Assembly: GCA_964016885.1 (NCBI GenBank)
Contig: OZ024740.1
Location: 120,342,001 to 120,406,000, forward strand
Length of the DNA stretch: 64,000 nt
From: Eledone cirrhosa
Taxonomy: Eukaryota
Reading direction: 5' to 3'
The position numbers and the translations under genes are program-made. The notes under the pieces are model-generated. The model ran no database searches and was not told the origin of the DNA. It was given only the letters and a program-made list of their open reading frames with translations. Of the stretch, positions 25,678 to 39,700 are shown one piece after another (position 1 is the first letter of the stretch; every line of letters begins with the position of its first letter).

Positions 25678-27887
25678 CTATTAGCTAGGAGAGAAGCAGA
25701 GGATAGAAAATTCAAGCATGTTTTGAAACATGAGGACCAGAAACAGGAGGTGTTCAAGATTGTGAGGCAGTGTGTCAGAGAGAATTGTGATGTCATTGGA
25801 GAGAAGTGTATCCGGAATGATAAAGGTGAGCTTGCCCTCACAAGTGCTGAGAAGAAAGATGCAGAGTCATTATGATAGATTACTAAAGGAGGAGAATGCA
25901 TGGGAAGAAGAGACCCTACCCCAAGTAGACCCTATAGAGGGGCCAGCAGTACAAGTCATCAGCAGCGTAGTAAGTAAGGCAATGAAAGATATGAAGATGG
26001 GGAAGGCAACCGGTCCATCGGGTATAGCTGCCGAGATGCTATGACCACATGTTTTGTTAACCAGGTAATACTAGAAGGTGTCATACCAAAAGATTGGTGC
26101 AGTAGCATCATTGTCAACTGCTACAAAGGTAAAGGTGATGCACTAGATAGAGGAAACTATAGCGGTATAAAGCTGATGGACCAGGTCATGAAAATAACAG
26201 AAAGAGTTATAGCACAGTTGATTAGGGACCGGGTGAAACTAGATGAGATACAATTTGGGTTTGTACCAGGAAGAGGCATCACTGATGCCCTCTTCCTTGT
26301 GAGGCAGTTACAGGAAAAGTACCTAGCTAAAATTAAGCCACTCTACCTGGCATTCGTCGATCTCGAGAAAGCCTTTGGCAGAGTTCCACGTGCTATAATC
26401 TGGTGGGCTCTTAGAAAACTAAGAGTAGGTGAAAGCTGTACAAGCCATGTATAGGCGAGTAGTCAGCAAAGTTAGGATTAGCAATGAGTATAGTGAGGAA
26501 TTTAGCATACAGGTTGGTGTCCACCAGGGCTCTGTTCTTAGCCCTCTCCTGTTCATCATAGTCCTGCAGACAATAACGGAGGAGTTTAAGACCGGATGCC
26601 CATGGGAACTCCTGTATGCAGATGACCTCCCAGTTATAGCTGAATCTATGGTAGAACTAGAGAATAAATTCCAAACTTGGAAGCAGGGACTAGAAAGAAA
26701 GGGTTTCAAAGTCAACCTGACAAAGACTAAGGTCCTTGTAAGTAGACGAGAAAACAGAACCCAGATCCCCTCAGGGAAATGGCCTTGCTAAGTATGTAGG
26801 AAAGGTGTAGGTAGGAACTCCATCCTCTGCCCCAAATGCAAACAATGGGTACACAAGAGATGTAGCAGGATCCCAGGAAGCTTAATTAAGAATGTAGGCT
26901 TCACATGTAGCAGCTGTGCTGGGACAACAAGCAGCAAACATCCACAGGAAACAAGTACCACCAATCTCTGGGAGGGCTCTGTAGAAACAGTAGACAGCTT
27001 CTGCTACCGAGGTGACCGAATTATCAGCGGAGGTGGGTGTTCTGAAAGTACAATAACTAGGGTAAGAACGGGATGGAAGAAGTTCAGGGGGCTACTGCCA
27101 CTGCTAGCTGCAAAAGGCTTTTCCCTCAAAATGAAAGGCAGACTGTATGATGCGTGTATCCGAACATCAATGTTACATGGTAGTGCGACCTGGGCGCTGA
27201 AGGTGGAAGACGTACGTAGATTAGAAAGAAACGAAGCCTGCATGCTCCGATGGATGTGTGATAGTAATATATGCAAACGGCAAAGCATAAATTAATTGAG
27301 AGAGAGACTGAGCATAAGAGGAATCAAATGCTGTGTGCTGGAGAGGTAGTTGCGTTGGTATGGACATGTGATGTGTATGAAGGATGACAGCTGCATAAAA
27401 AGGTGCAGAGCACTAGAAGTCAATGGAAACCGCGGAGTGGGCAGACCCAAGAAGACCTGGGATGAGGTGATAAAAGCGGACCTTAACCAATTACACCTCT
27501 CAAAGGTAATGACACACGATTGTGACCTATGGCGTCACGCAGTAATACAGAGTACCCGACCTCCCATGGGTACAAGCCAAAGCTGAATCATATAGACAAT
27601 ATGCCCCCACACCCTCCCACTGCAAAGTGGCCGTGGAGGTGCCACAGCAAAAAAGCACCCAGTCCACACTGTAAAGTGGACGTGTAGTCACCATGGAGAA
27701 AAAGCACCCAGCACTCACTGTAAATGAGGTTGGTGTCAGGGAGGGCATCCAGCTGTAGATATCGAGCCAAAATCAGTTCCTGTATGAGCAAGACAAGGTC
27801 AGCCGACCAGACGTTGCCCACAAGAGGACAACCCGTCTAACCCATGCTAGCGTGGAAGAACGGACGTAAAACGGTGATGATGATGAT
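25678..27887 (+). mobile_element. RTE LINE, subfamily B, 5'-truncated, several frameshifts
   Basis: RT fragments including WELLYADD, a PHD-like insert, a 3' UTR matching the SINE family A tail, and a (GAT)n end. Confidence 0.93.
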
Positions 27888-28371
27888 CTAAGTAAGTCAC
27901 AGTAATATTTGAATTTAAAACACAAGGAGCTAGAACAAATACCACGAAGCATCATGTTTGACAAGAACAAGTTTACCAATCTACTGTAACTGGATTTGTT
28001 ATTTGGTTTACTAATCTAATAAAGGTGACGCAAATTTGACTTTTTGGGGACATGAACTCAGAGTGTACAAAGCTGGAAAAAATACTGCAAGGTAGTTTGT
28101 CCTACACTATAACATCCCTACTAATTTGCCATCTGTCTTGCTCTATATATGTATTTAGAGCTGGCTTGCCATTTTCTTTTTACTACAAAACAAAAAAAAA
28201 CGAAAAAGAGGACCTAATCATCAAATCAGTCGAAAGAATGAATGTTTACATTGCTGATACCATCTATCAGTTGTACCTTCTGTTTGAAGGCGACTGGATT
28301 TGAATTCAGAAAGCACAGAGCCAGAACAGATGCTCTAAAGCATCTTATTTGACTAACATTTTTGTCAATCC

Positions 28372-28522
28372 ATTACTCATGGACAGGTATTTTATTGCTT
28401 GACCATGAGAGGATGAAAGGCAAAGTTTACCTCAACGGGAATTTAAACTCAGAATGCATTGAGCAAAAACCAGTACTGAGGCATTTAATCCAGTGTGGTA
28501 AAAGCTCTGCCAGTTTGCCACT
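28372..28522 (-). mobile_element. Degenerate SINE, family B
   Basis: GGATGAAAGGCAAAGTTTACCTC..TTTAAACTCAGAA is the reverse complement of the family B core. Confidence 0.6.
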
Positions 28523-28596
28523 CATAAGTATTAGCATACAGAAACAAAACTAATTGGCATGGAGATACTCAATAACACCCCCATGTCTGACCTGCA

Positions 28597-29227
28597 AACG
28601 ATTATAGTGAAGAATTTAGCATACATGTAGGTGTTCATCAGGGCTCTGTCCTTAGTCCTCTCCTGTTTATTATTGCACTACAGGATATAACAGAAGAGTT
28701 TAAGACTGGCTGTCAATGGGAACTTCTGTATGCAGATGATTTAACTCTCATAGCTGAATCTATGGCAAAATTAGAGAAGATGTTTCAAACCTGGATGTAT
28801 GGCTTAGAATCAATAGGCCTTAAAGTTAACTTGTCAAAAACTGAAGTTCTAGTATGTAAAAAAGAAAATAGGGCCCAGATACTCTCTGGGAAATGGCTTG
28901 GCTCAGTGTGCAGGAAAGTAGTAGGTAGAAATTTCATTCTATGTCCCAAATACAAGCTATGTGTACATAAAAGTTGTGGTGGGATCACAGGCAGGCTATC
29001 AAAGAGAATAGGTTTTGTATGCTGTGGAGGAGGTGTTCCACTACTACAGCTGTCAGCTACAAAATGTTTTTCCCTTAAAATGAACAGCAGATTGTACGAA
29101 GCATGTATAAGAACAGCAATGTTACATGGTAGTGAGACCTGAGCACTATGCAGAGGATCTGCAAAGATTGGAAAGAAATGAAACATGAATGCTCCGATGG
29201 ACATTAAATGATGACGATGATGATGAC
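28597..29227 (+). mobile_element. RTE LINE fragment with internal deletions
   Basis: GVHQGSVLSP, LLYADD, decayed Cys motif, then jumps to a (GAT)n tail. Confidence 0.85.
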
Positions 29228-32100
29228 AATCAGAAAAGGAAGTAAATCATTTCTTTTCATCTTTATTTTTTTTAAATTTTTTTTTTTGGCTTTTCCTTTC
29301 ATTTTCTTTCGTTTAAAAGTTTCTTTGTTTACTTTTAAGGAACAATGTGACATGAATGAGAATGGCAAACTAACCAAACATTTCATTTGATGAAAATGTT
29401 AATATCATCAAAGCAATAAATAGTCATTTGGAGATTAAGGTAAACTAATCCAACTTCAAAAGAAAAGATTTAATTATAGAAATAGATGTCAGATTAATAT
29501 CAAATCATGAGACAGTAAGATTTTGATGGGACACAATACAATTATATATATATATGTCTCACCAAATTTTGCATCAGAAAAGTTTTGGGAACTGAACTGA
29601 CTAGTAGATATACCTTCAAACATAGTTTTATTTATAAATATACTTTTACCATTAACATTAGTAGTGCCATGATGCTCCAGTGTCATTGGGATGCTGTGGC
29701 ATAAAGATGTGTACGGCCTTCCTACCCTCCATCTATGCTGTGAGACCCTTGAGACAGAACTTGGGTTATCAGGAAATCTTTACCAGTCCATTTCATATTA
29801 TCCACCCATCCTTTCCACTGACGTTCTTGCTTTATTTACCCTTGAACTGTTCCTATAAGAATGGTCTTAATCAATCCATCAGATGGTATGATCTAATTGT
29901 ACCCTCTCATTTTTCTTTTCTTTACAGTAGTCTGCAGGTTTTCATATTTGTCCACAGGCTGCTTGATTGCTGTATGAATATTTTGTTGCTTATTTGATCT
30001 GATATTTCTTCAAATATACTAAATCAAACCCATTTAGATGTATTTGAGCCTCATAAAAATTAGGAGAAATAATTATCTAAATTATACAAACCAATAATTT
30101 CCTGAGATATAAATATAGCAAAATCATGATTTCTATTAATTTAAGAATTTATTTATCATTTTTATCACAGTATGAAACAGTATCACTAACCTTTATGTTA
30201 ATATATTTCAAATGATATACAATGACTGAGATTTTCAATTAATTTGAAAAATAATCAAAAAGTGTAGTCATTTGATAATATTCTTTTATTCATTTACTGG
30301 TTTTAGTCATTAGCCTGCAACCATACTCGGACACTTCCCTAAAAGGACTTTAGTCAATTAAAACCAACTCCATTGCATATTTCATCAAGTCTGGTTTGGA
30401 ATCTGAAACCATATGGTTTTCAAGGGAACTTCTCAACTATACAACCATGTTAAAATATAAAGGTATCTACTTTACACTCTGAATGAATTTGTAAAAATGT
30501 TGTTTTTTTCTTAATTCACACATAAAATGACAAGAGAAATGATGTTATATAACTACCCTGTCTTCATATCAGATAAAATATTTCTTTACTGGATAGACTG
30601 AGGTAAGTAATGTTCCCAATGTAACACATTTTAAGACATTTGCATATGTGGTATTCAAGCATGTAAGCTACTCATCCACTATGCTGTAACTTTTCCAATA
30701 TTATTCATTATTACTGAGATAAGAAGTGATATGAATCATTCTAATATAGTTATTTAATATTATTGGAGTAGACAGCTTCTTACTTGATAAATGTTTTATC
30801 TTCTATCACTGAGAAATCACTAAGGGCAAAGTTAGTGCAATAAATTATGATACTAAAAAATGGAACGCAACCAAATCTATGGTCATACACATGATTCAAA
30901 GTATTTTTTATATGAATAAATTCTCTCTCCTAAACAATTTTTTTCATGTATATAGTGAAAATTAAGGTGGTGAAAATCATCCACTAAAATATAGATATGA
31001 GCTCTGCGTTTTTTTTTTTGTTTTTTTTAAATCATATGTGAAACACATTTTGAACAGTTTTCTACTGTATATACATATTTGAATAATCCTCCTCATCATC
31101 ATTTAATCTCCCTTTTCCCTTCTAGCAAAGGTTAGGGGGGGGGGGGGGGTCCTCACAAACTAGGTCAGTACTTAATTGGAGCTATTGATATCTCAGGGGA
31201 TGGGACCCACATCTCACATACATATATTCCCTCAATCTACAGGGTGCACCAGCTGCCGTTTTCCATGCTTACATGTATTGAACTGGCTTTCTTCAGTGCA
31301 GTGTCTCAGCCCTTGTTGTGGACATAAACACATAACATAGCTTTCTTAAAAAGTGTCATGAAAAATAGGTGGGTGTGTGTGTGTGTGATGGCCAGTCAAA
31401 CTCTTGCTAGTTGCAAAAATGGATGTTAAATGATGAGGATGGTAATGACAAGAGTTTTCATACCGTCTCCATCAATTAAATTCCCACACAAAGCCCTATA
31501 ACTGAAACAGGTGTCTTAGGTACCACACAGTGAGATTGAATCCAAACCGACATAGCTGCAATGCAAATGTCTTAACATCACAACAATGCTTGCATATATA
31601 TATATGATATACTTTTGTATTTGTTTTGCAAGATTCTTCATGTGAAATCATGTGTTGAAACATTATTATACATGGAGGGTCATGCTGCCAGTATAAACAC
31701 ATGCACCAATTGGTTTAACATTGGTTTTTATTATTAGTCAGGTAACTAATCCACTCATCAGTTGGTTTAGCAACCAGATGGTTATTTAATTCTGGGATGT
31801 TCTCAGTAATTTGGCCCTTTGGGTCTTCCAGCAAAAAATTGGACCTAGTATTTCTCAGATGCAGGGCAAATACATTAATCACTATGTTAAAGAGTCTCTG
31901 GCTACCAATCTAATCTATTTAGAAGCTTTTAAGTCTCTAACTAGAACTGTAAACAGTGGTTGACAATAAAAATAATAGTTAACAACAATAAATTATAGTT
32001 GAGAAAATCAGGTATAGTATTCCTAGAGGTGGAAAAAGTGTACAGAAGCACATCTATCATTTGCGATGGGAAACATACATTTCAAAATTATACTTAAAGT

Positions 32101-32482
32101 TGGTGGATTGGCAGTATCAGTAGGGAGTCGGACGCCATGCTTTGCAGCAAAGAGTTATGGCCCTTTATGGTCTGAGTTCAAATCCCGCTGAGGTTAACTT
32201 TGTCTTTCATCCTTACAGGATCGATAAAATAAAGTACCAGTAATACATTGGGATAATTGCTGGCCTTGTGCGAAAAGTAGAAACAATTATTATGGTGGAT
32301 TGGCAGTATCGGTAGAGGGTCGGACGCCATGCTTTTTAGCATAGTTACATCCCTTTACGGTCTGAGTTCAAATCCTGCCAAGGTTAACTTTGCCTTTCAT
32401 CCTAACAGGGTAGATAAAATAAAGTACCAGTAATGCACTCGTATCATTCCTGGCCTTGTGTCAAAAGTAGAAACAATTATTA
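32101..32482 (+). mobile_element. Two tandem SINEs, family B (32101-32291 and 32293-32482)
   Basis: Direct ~190-bp repeats ending GTAGAAACAATTATTAT. Further 3' fragments at 3815-3898, 33323-33510 and 52198-52317. Confidence 0.85.
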
Positions 32483-33800
32483 TGGCAATTTGTATTTGAA
32501 TGCACACATTTTGAAACGTTGAAATTCCCTAATGCTTCCGAAGTCAACAGTTTATCATCCTATTGAACCATATATATATCTTTTAAAATGACTATTTTCT
32601 TCTGGAAGTGGCTACATATAATAAGTACAGCACTACTACATGTATGGAGGCATGCTATCAGTAAATGTTTTATGTTGTTTTAATACCTATAAATCTACAG
32701 CCCAACATCATCATCAATATATATATATATATATATATGCATATAGCTACATAATCTGTATTCTGGTATCTAAATGAAGATGATAGCTATTTTTTTAAGG
32801 ACAGCCATAAAATGTAGGTGTTTCTACTAAATATCATGAAAACAAAGCAAATTAGTAACAGGGGCATGTTGAAGACAATAAAGTAAATGTAGCATCTGGA
32901 AATTGTACATCAGAAAAAAAGAAATATCCTATAGAAATTCATTTTACAAATTATTCTGATGTAATTGATCCAATCACTCAGGTAACATGGTCATAGAACT
33001 ATGATAGAGATAAAAAATGTAATTCTTATCTAAAATATTTGTTTTACTTGACATGAATATTAAGTAGTTCTGAAACTATAATCAATTCATTTGAACCAGA
33101 ATCTATATCTCCCATGAAATATATAGTGACTATATTTAAAACACATTTCAACCCGTTTTTAGAAATCTCCAGAAACCATTTATAGGAGATTTATACTTAG
33201 AGAAAAACACAACAAACAGCAAGTGCAACTCTTTTGATACCAAACTGTTTGAAACCGACACTGATTCTATAAAATTAAGCTGCTTCCTTCAAAGTGCATA
33301 AGATTTATCTAAATGCCTTCCATTGCCGAGGTTTACTTTGCCTTTCATCCTTACGGGGTCGATAAAATAAAGTACCAGTAATGCACTAGGTAATTGCTGG
33401 CCTTGTGCCAAAAGTAGAAACAATTATAATTTTATACAAGTCAATAAAATAAAGTACCAGTAATGCACTGGGTTATTGCTGGCCTTGTGCCAAAAGTAGA
33501 AACAATTATAATTTTATACAAGTACCTTTAAAAATCTATCTTCCTAAAGCCAGGTTAATAATAAGGTTCAAATAATTACTGAATCAACTAAATTCTTGAT
33601 TATTTTTCAAAAAATTTGAAAATGAAAGACAATGTAACATTTTATTTAATTTCAAATATATATATGTATATATAAGGAAAAAAGATGAAATCGAAAATGC
33701 AACTGGAGACTTTTTAAACGAAAAAAAAAAAAATACATATATATATATATATATCATCATCACCATTTTTACATCCATTCTTCCAAGCTATATATATATA

Positions 33801-34189
33801 GGTGAAGGCGCATGGCTTAGTGGTTAGAGCATAGGGCTTGCAATCGAAAGGTTGTGAGTTCAATTCTTGGACCGGATGATGTGTTGTTTCCTTGAGTAAG
33901 ACACTTTATTTCACATTGCCCCAGTTTACTCAGCTGTAGAAATGAGATGATAGGACTGGGGTCCCTATCATTCCACTGCAAAGTGGTCGTGGAGGTGCCA
34001 CAGCAAAAAAGCACCCAGCACTCACTGTAAATGAGGTTGGTGTTAGGAAGGGCATCCAGCTGTAGAAATCAAGCCACAATAAGTTCCCGTATGAGCAAGA
34101 CAAGGTCAGCCAACCGGATACTGCCCATAACAGGACAACCCATCTAACCCAGTGTGGAAGAATGGACGCAAAATGGTGGTGATGATGAT
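33801..34189 (+). mobile_element. tRNA-derived SINE, family A, long-tail variant
   Basis: Same head as the 6400 copy. The tail is collinear with the RTE subfamily B 3' UTR, including GAGCAAGACAAGGTCAGCC..GGACAACCC. Confidence 0.9.
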
Positions 34190-34524
34190 ATATATACATA
34201 TATATATACACACTTCATCACAAACATCACCATTTACATCCAATTTACATGCTGGCATATAAGAAGCTGCACCTGATCTACTTGCTTCTGTAATTGCCAT
34301 AAATCTACAGTTATGCGTTTAAGCACATGTACAACCAGGCACAGCAGAAGCTGCTAATGATCAAGTTAAAAGTATTTTTTACTGGTATTTGTTGTTATCT
34401 TCTGTCTGATTTCTACATGCTTTTTGCGTTCTATACAAAGATAATTAAATCGAAGGAATAGTTTCAAGACTCAGAACAATTGATTTTGTATAATATTGAG
34501 TGTTGATCAAGGCATTTCAGATAT

Positions 34525-34536
34525 TCTATCTATCTG

Positions 34537-34583
<47 letters not shown>

Positions 34584-34593
34584 CTCTATCAGA
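34525..34593. repeat. (TATC)n / GATA microsatellite, left target of the Tx1 array
   Basis: Read directly. Ends in TATCTATCTATCTCTCTATCAGA, which recurs at 40400-40422. Confidence 0.95.
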
Positions 34594-34824
34594 TCTAGCT
34601 GTCGTCTGTTCTACAGCGTAGATGTAATTCACTTTGCGCAGAAGTTTTGTTCAAATTTATTGCGGAAATTTTGTAAGTTCAATTTTAATTTTGATACTAT
34701 TGTGTAGCTTGACCCCCCGTCTGAACTGTCAGGCGGTGGGTCAGCTCATCTTTACCCCTCCTAGGGGTGAAAAACCTGTTTTTAAAAATTTTGTGGCATA
34801 AAAAATTTCAATCGTCTGACAGAA

Positions 34825-36714
34825 ATGTTAAACGAAGCTAACGAAAATAGTGGTGGGGGGACAGCGGTAAGAGTTGTAAGCTCGCACGCTTTAGTCCCCC
34901 CTTCCTTCCCAACTAACGTCATAGAGAAGGAAAGAAAAAATAAAATAAAACAGACGAATCTGCGGAGAAAAATGACGAAAACACAAATCTGGACATTGAT
35001 TCCAACAACGAAAAAAAAAAATTTGAAAAATTGCATGACAATATTAATACCACAAACAAAGACACGACAAACACAAAAATAACATTTGAAAACAACATCA
35101 TAACAGAAAGCAAAGCAGACGACAAAGTCAACACCAATAATATTTCATTTGCACAAACAACAAAGAAATCTTTGACATATATACCTGAAAATATTTCAGA
35201 TGTGGCACAAAGAATTACAGACGCCAAACAATACATAACTGAAGGAGAGAATGGTATTTTATCGGTAAAAATGCCTCAAGAACTCACCAAAGACATTGAA
35301 AGTCGAACGGTTGTTTTCCGCACCATCAACAACATTTCTAAAAAACCTGAACAGCCAACTCAAACAGAAATCAAAACAGTACTTACAGAAGTACTTAATG
35401 AAACCACTTTCATAAGAAAAGACAAACTGTATGGAAGCCTAGCGATTATTATGAAGAACGAATCGGCGGCCAAAAAATGTGCTTTGTCACCGATTCGTTC
35501 GAAAAATTTTACCTTTTATCCATCTTATATGGGTAAAAGAACTCAACGCATATGGCTGGATGCAATGATGCCAGATGTGGACTACTGCTGGCTCATAGCT
35601 GGCTTCATCGATCCAGCGAATGACAACGTGATTTCCATTGGGAAAACCACAGGCAATGCGTTCAGTGGAACAGGTATAGAACTTGTAGTGCAAATGAAGC
35701 CTGAACGCATCGCCCAAATACCCGACAGAATCCTATTAGAGGGCCACGGGTATATAAACATTAGCGTGGAGGGGAGAAGGCCGTCCTGTCATATCTGTGC
35801 AGGCAGAGGGCACCTGAAGGCGGCTTGTCCCCAACTCAACAAAAAGAAAACCCTGCTACCAACACCAGCTCCACCACCACCACCACAACAGATAAACAAA
35901 CAACAAAACTCAGTCCCACCCAACCCGTCCCTCAGTAAAACTACACCATCACCACAACACAAACAGTCACAACACATTACCCCAAAACAAAATACAGGCC
36001 CACCCAACGCCTCACTCAATAAAACAACACAACCACCGCAGACACAACACACAACACAGTCTAACATAGTGACATCCATCTCCCCCACAAAGAAAACCAA
36101 CACGGAAACATTACCAGCAAACATACCTCTCCCCTACAACACTGGAGATAACCCAACGAATTCGGAGGAAGAACGGAGTCCTTCAGACAGATTAAAAGGA
36201 AAAAAAGAAAACATGTGCAAAACACACAAGGCCAAACAACCCCCACCCAAATGTCAACACAATCCAACAAAACACAAAACACCCCTCCCACAACAAACAA
36301 AACCAAACCTGCCCCTCCCCTCTTCGAAACACTCACACCATCCGAAAAAAAGACATTACACTATACTTACATCAACAGAAACAATAATAAATTAAATGAA
36401 CTCATAAACAATAATCCTTCGGTACAAACCGAAGGTGTAAACTTTGTTTCTTCAGAAAACTACCCACATTTAAAATTAATAAAGATCCCAATGAACCTCT
36501 ACCAAAAACTAAAAAAGGATGTTAAGGAGGACGTAGGACCACCCTCTGTCAAACCCATAAACCGCGTCCTACTAAAAAGCTTTCCCCCTCCCCTTCCCCT
36601 CCCCAACACAACTCCAAACACCCCAACCCCACACCACCACAAGACACCCCTTCACCCAACACCCCCGACCCCATGGAAGTCGTGCGAACCGAACCCCGGG
36701 AAGCAGAAAGGTAG
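34825..36714 (+). pseudogene. Tx1 copy 1 ORF1 (gag-like, zinc knuckle), frameshifted
   Basis: ORF pieces at 34825, 35031 and 36215. Knuckle CHICAGRGHLKAAC, Pro/Thr-rich linker, C-terminus ...PMEVVR..TAG. Confidence 0.85.
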
Positions 36715-36747
36715 TTCTCTACACTCTCCTTTGGCTTTGCCGCCCAC

Positions 36748-39700
36748 ATGGATGTGTTAAAAGTAGGATGTTTGAATGCACGTGGCCTGGGCTCAACTTG
36801 GAAGCAAGCAAAGCTTCTAAATGACCTCAGGTCATGTGGTATAAATGTAATGGTTATCTGTGAGACTCGGATCAGCGTCGTGCGCAGCTGGCCCCTACCT
36901 TCGATGACTTTGAGGTGCATGCATCTCTCTGTCAACCTGGAGGTGGGGGTGGGGCTGTCGTACTGCTGCAAAAACACATGGGACTTGCCGTACAGGTTGT
37001 TCACTCGGACCCGGAGGGTCGTTTGTTGGTGCTAGACGTTGGCAGTGGTGGAGGTGCGGCCTTGAGACTTGTCGCCGTCTACTCCCCTTTCGGAGCTGAA
37101 CGGCCCGACTTCTTCCAGCGTTTGGAGACTTTTCTAGGAACGTCGCGTTCCCTGCTTCTAGCGGGGGATTTGAATGACATCCTAGATGCACGTTGGGACT
37201 ATGCAGGAGCATGTCCTAATAGAGGGGGGTGTAACAACCTCAAGGGGTTACTCGACCGTTTTAACTTGGTCGAGAGATATCGACTAGATTTTCCAACTGT
37301 GCCTACCTGGACTTGGACGAACCACAGTGGTCAATCTAGATCGTACTTAGATAGATTCTTAGTTAGAAGTAAGGATAGGGACATATTAAGCTGTCCAGAA
37401 ATGCTCACGGTTGGCTATACGGATCACAAATTAGTGACGTGCGTAGTCAATCTCGAGAAAACACATAAACAGGGTCCCGGTTACTGGAAACTTAATTTAT
37501 CTTTACCGTCAAAAGAGACTTACAGAAACCGGATTAGCAGATTAGTTAAGGAGAGGTTGACGGGTGCAATCGTCAACAACCGATGGTGGGCATCTCTCAA
37601 AAGAGAGATTAGAACAGAATCAATAAGTTATAGCAAGATGTTAGCTGCCGATAGGAATAGAAACGAGAAAGAATTAACAGGTAAATTAGAAGAGGCAATC
37701 AAGAGCGAAGATGTGGCCAGAGTACTGGCATCGAGGACGGCCTTGAACCAGTTTTTCGATGTAAAGCACGAAGGCTGCGTCATTCGAAGTAAAATACGTG
37801 CTCTAGGTAATGAGGGGGCCAAAGCCGTTGGCTGGGCCCGCGTGACAGAAGCTAAGAGTGGAAATCGATCCACCATCCGGTCGTTGCAAGACGAAGATGG
37901 ACGGGTGATCCGGGAGCCTAAGCAGATGTGCGAGGCCTTTCAAAGGCACTTTGCCCGATTATTCGGGGGAGGCGAGGGTCCGGGCGGGGACGTGGATTTC
38001 GGTCCATACCTCGACGACCTGCCGCGTCTCTCGAGCGAAGAGGCAGAGTCCTGCGAGGGACCAATCTCGGCTGATGAGATCGGGGATGTGCTGAGCCAAT
38101 GCAGCAGACGCAAATCTCTAGGTCTCGATGGTATACCTTACGAACTTTATTTAGCAATGCCGGTCTTCTTCTCCGAACTCCTCGAAGCGGTCTACTGCAA
38201 TTGGCAGCAGAACGGGAGAATTCCTTGTTCTGTAGCCAAGGGCGTAGTCTCGCTGGTGAGGAAGGACGAGAACAAGGGGGATAGTATAAATAATTTTCGG
38301 CCCATAACCCTGCTAAACACAGAGTTAAAGATTTTGGCCAAGGTGTTAGCAAAGAGGTTGGCGCTTGTCGTGGGTAGCCTGGTGGGAGATGCGCAGACAT
38401 GTGCTATCCCATCCAGGTCCATTCATGATAACCTCCACCTCATGCGATACATCATAGAGAGGGTTGGCAACAAACCCGGCTTCGGTGGGGCCCTGATCAA
38501 CTTGGATCAGTCTAAGGCCTTCGATAGGGTCGACCATGGTTACCTGGATGCGGTGCTAGCGGCGGCTGGGTTCGGTCCTGTTTTCAGAGGCTGGATCACT
38601 GCCTTACATAGCAACCACATCTGTTCTAGGATCAAGGTGAACGGCTACCTTTCGAAGCCGTTCGAAATCACACGATCCATTCGACAGGGGTGCCCTCTCT
38701 CCTCCCTTCTGTACGTATTTACTCTCGAGACTTTACTGAGGAAGTTGGAGTTGTTGCAGGGTATCCCCCTGGAACCAGGATTGAGAAAAGCGGTGTCGGC
38801 CTACGCCGATGACGTAACAGTAATGGTATCGACCGACTCAGAGATCGAGGCGATCGGTACCTTACTGGAGGATTACGAAAGGTTGTCAGGAGCGAAACTG
38901 AACCGGGAAAAATCCATCGGGCTGCAACTCGGAACGTGGAGAGGCAGACCGATGCCTCCCGACGGTGTCGTCGGACACTGGACGGAGGGCCTGGTAAAGT
39001 TGCTTGGGGTCTGGTTTGGACCGGACCTCCAGGTGGAAAAGAACTGGGACGAGGTTACGAACAAGTTGTTTGCACTAACCCAGAAATGGGCCAAGTGTAA
39101 GCTGTCCCTAAAAGGCCGGGCGGAGGTGGCGAACATTTACGTAGCGTCCGTCACTTACTACCGCCTGACTGTCGTGCCTTGCCAAGGAAACACTCACCAC
39201 CATGGAACGCATGCTCTTCCAATTTCTTTGGAAGAAGCGCCCTCCTATGGTGAGAAGATCCATCTGCTGCCAACAACCCTCGAAAGGAGGGCTGGGGATG
39301 CCGTGGTTGATGATGCGTAGGCACGCATTAAGGCTACGGCACCTACAGGTATTCCTCACTGGTCAACCGGTGTGGGCTCCGTTCGTGAAACGTGCCTTTC
39401 CGAGACTCGTCTCGCTCACCGAGCTGCAGTCCTGGGTCAAGCAAAGACCCGGAAAACTGGGAGACTGGCACACTGAGTGTGCTCAGGCGCTCAGGGCTCT
39501 CTGGCAAGCGGGCCAGGCCATCGGTGGAGAATCCACCTCATCATTCTATAGAGGGCTGGTGGCTAGCAGGGGCGATGACAACCTTGGAGAGTCGCTGGAC
39601 ATGGAAGAGGACGAACTGGCCAGCCTGTTCGGTAGGACTTTCGGCCCGGGACCAATGGACAACTTCCAGAAGTCACTAGCCTGGCAGTGCTACCGGGGGG

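Noticed and set aside
34592-34604. GATCTAGCTGTCG at the Tx1 5' junction matches the fold-back element at 1640-1652
   Set aside because: A 13-nt match is expected many times by chance among all position pairs in 64 kb.
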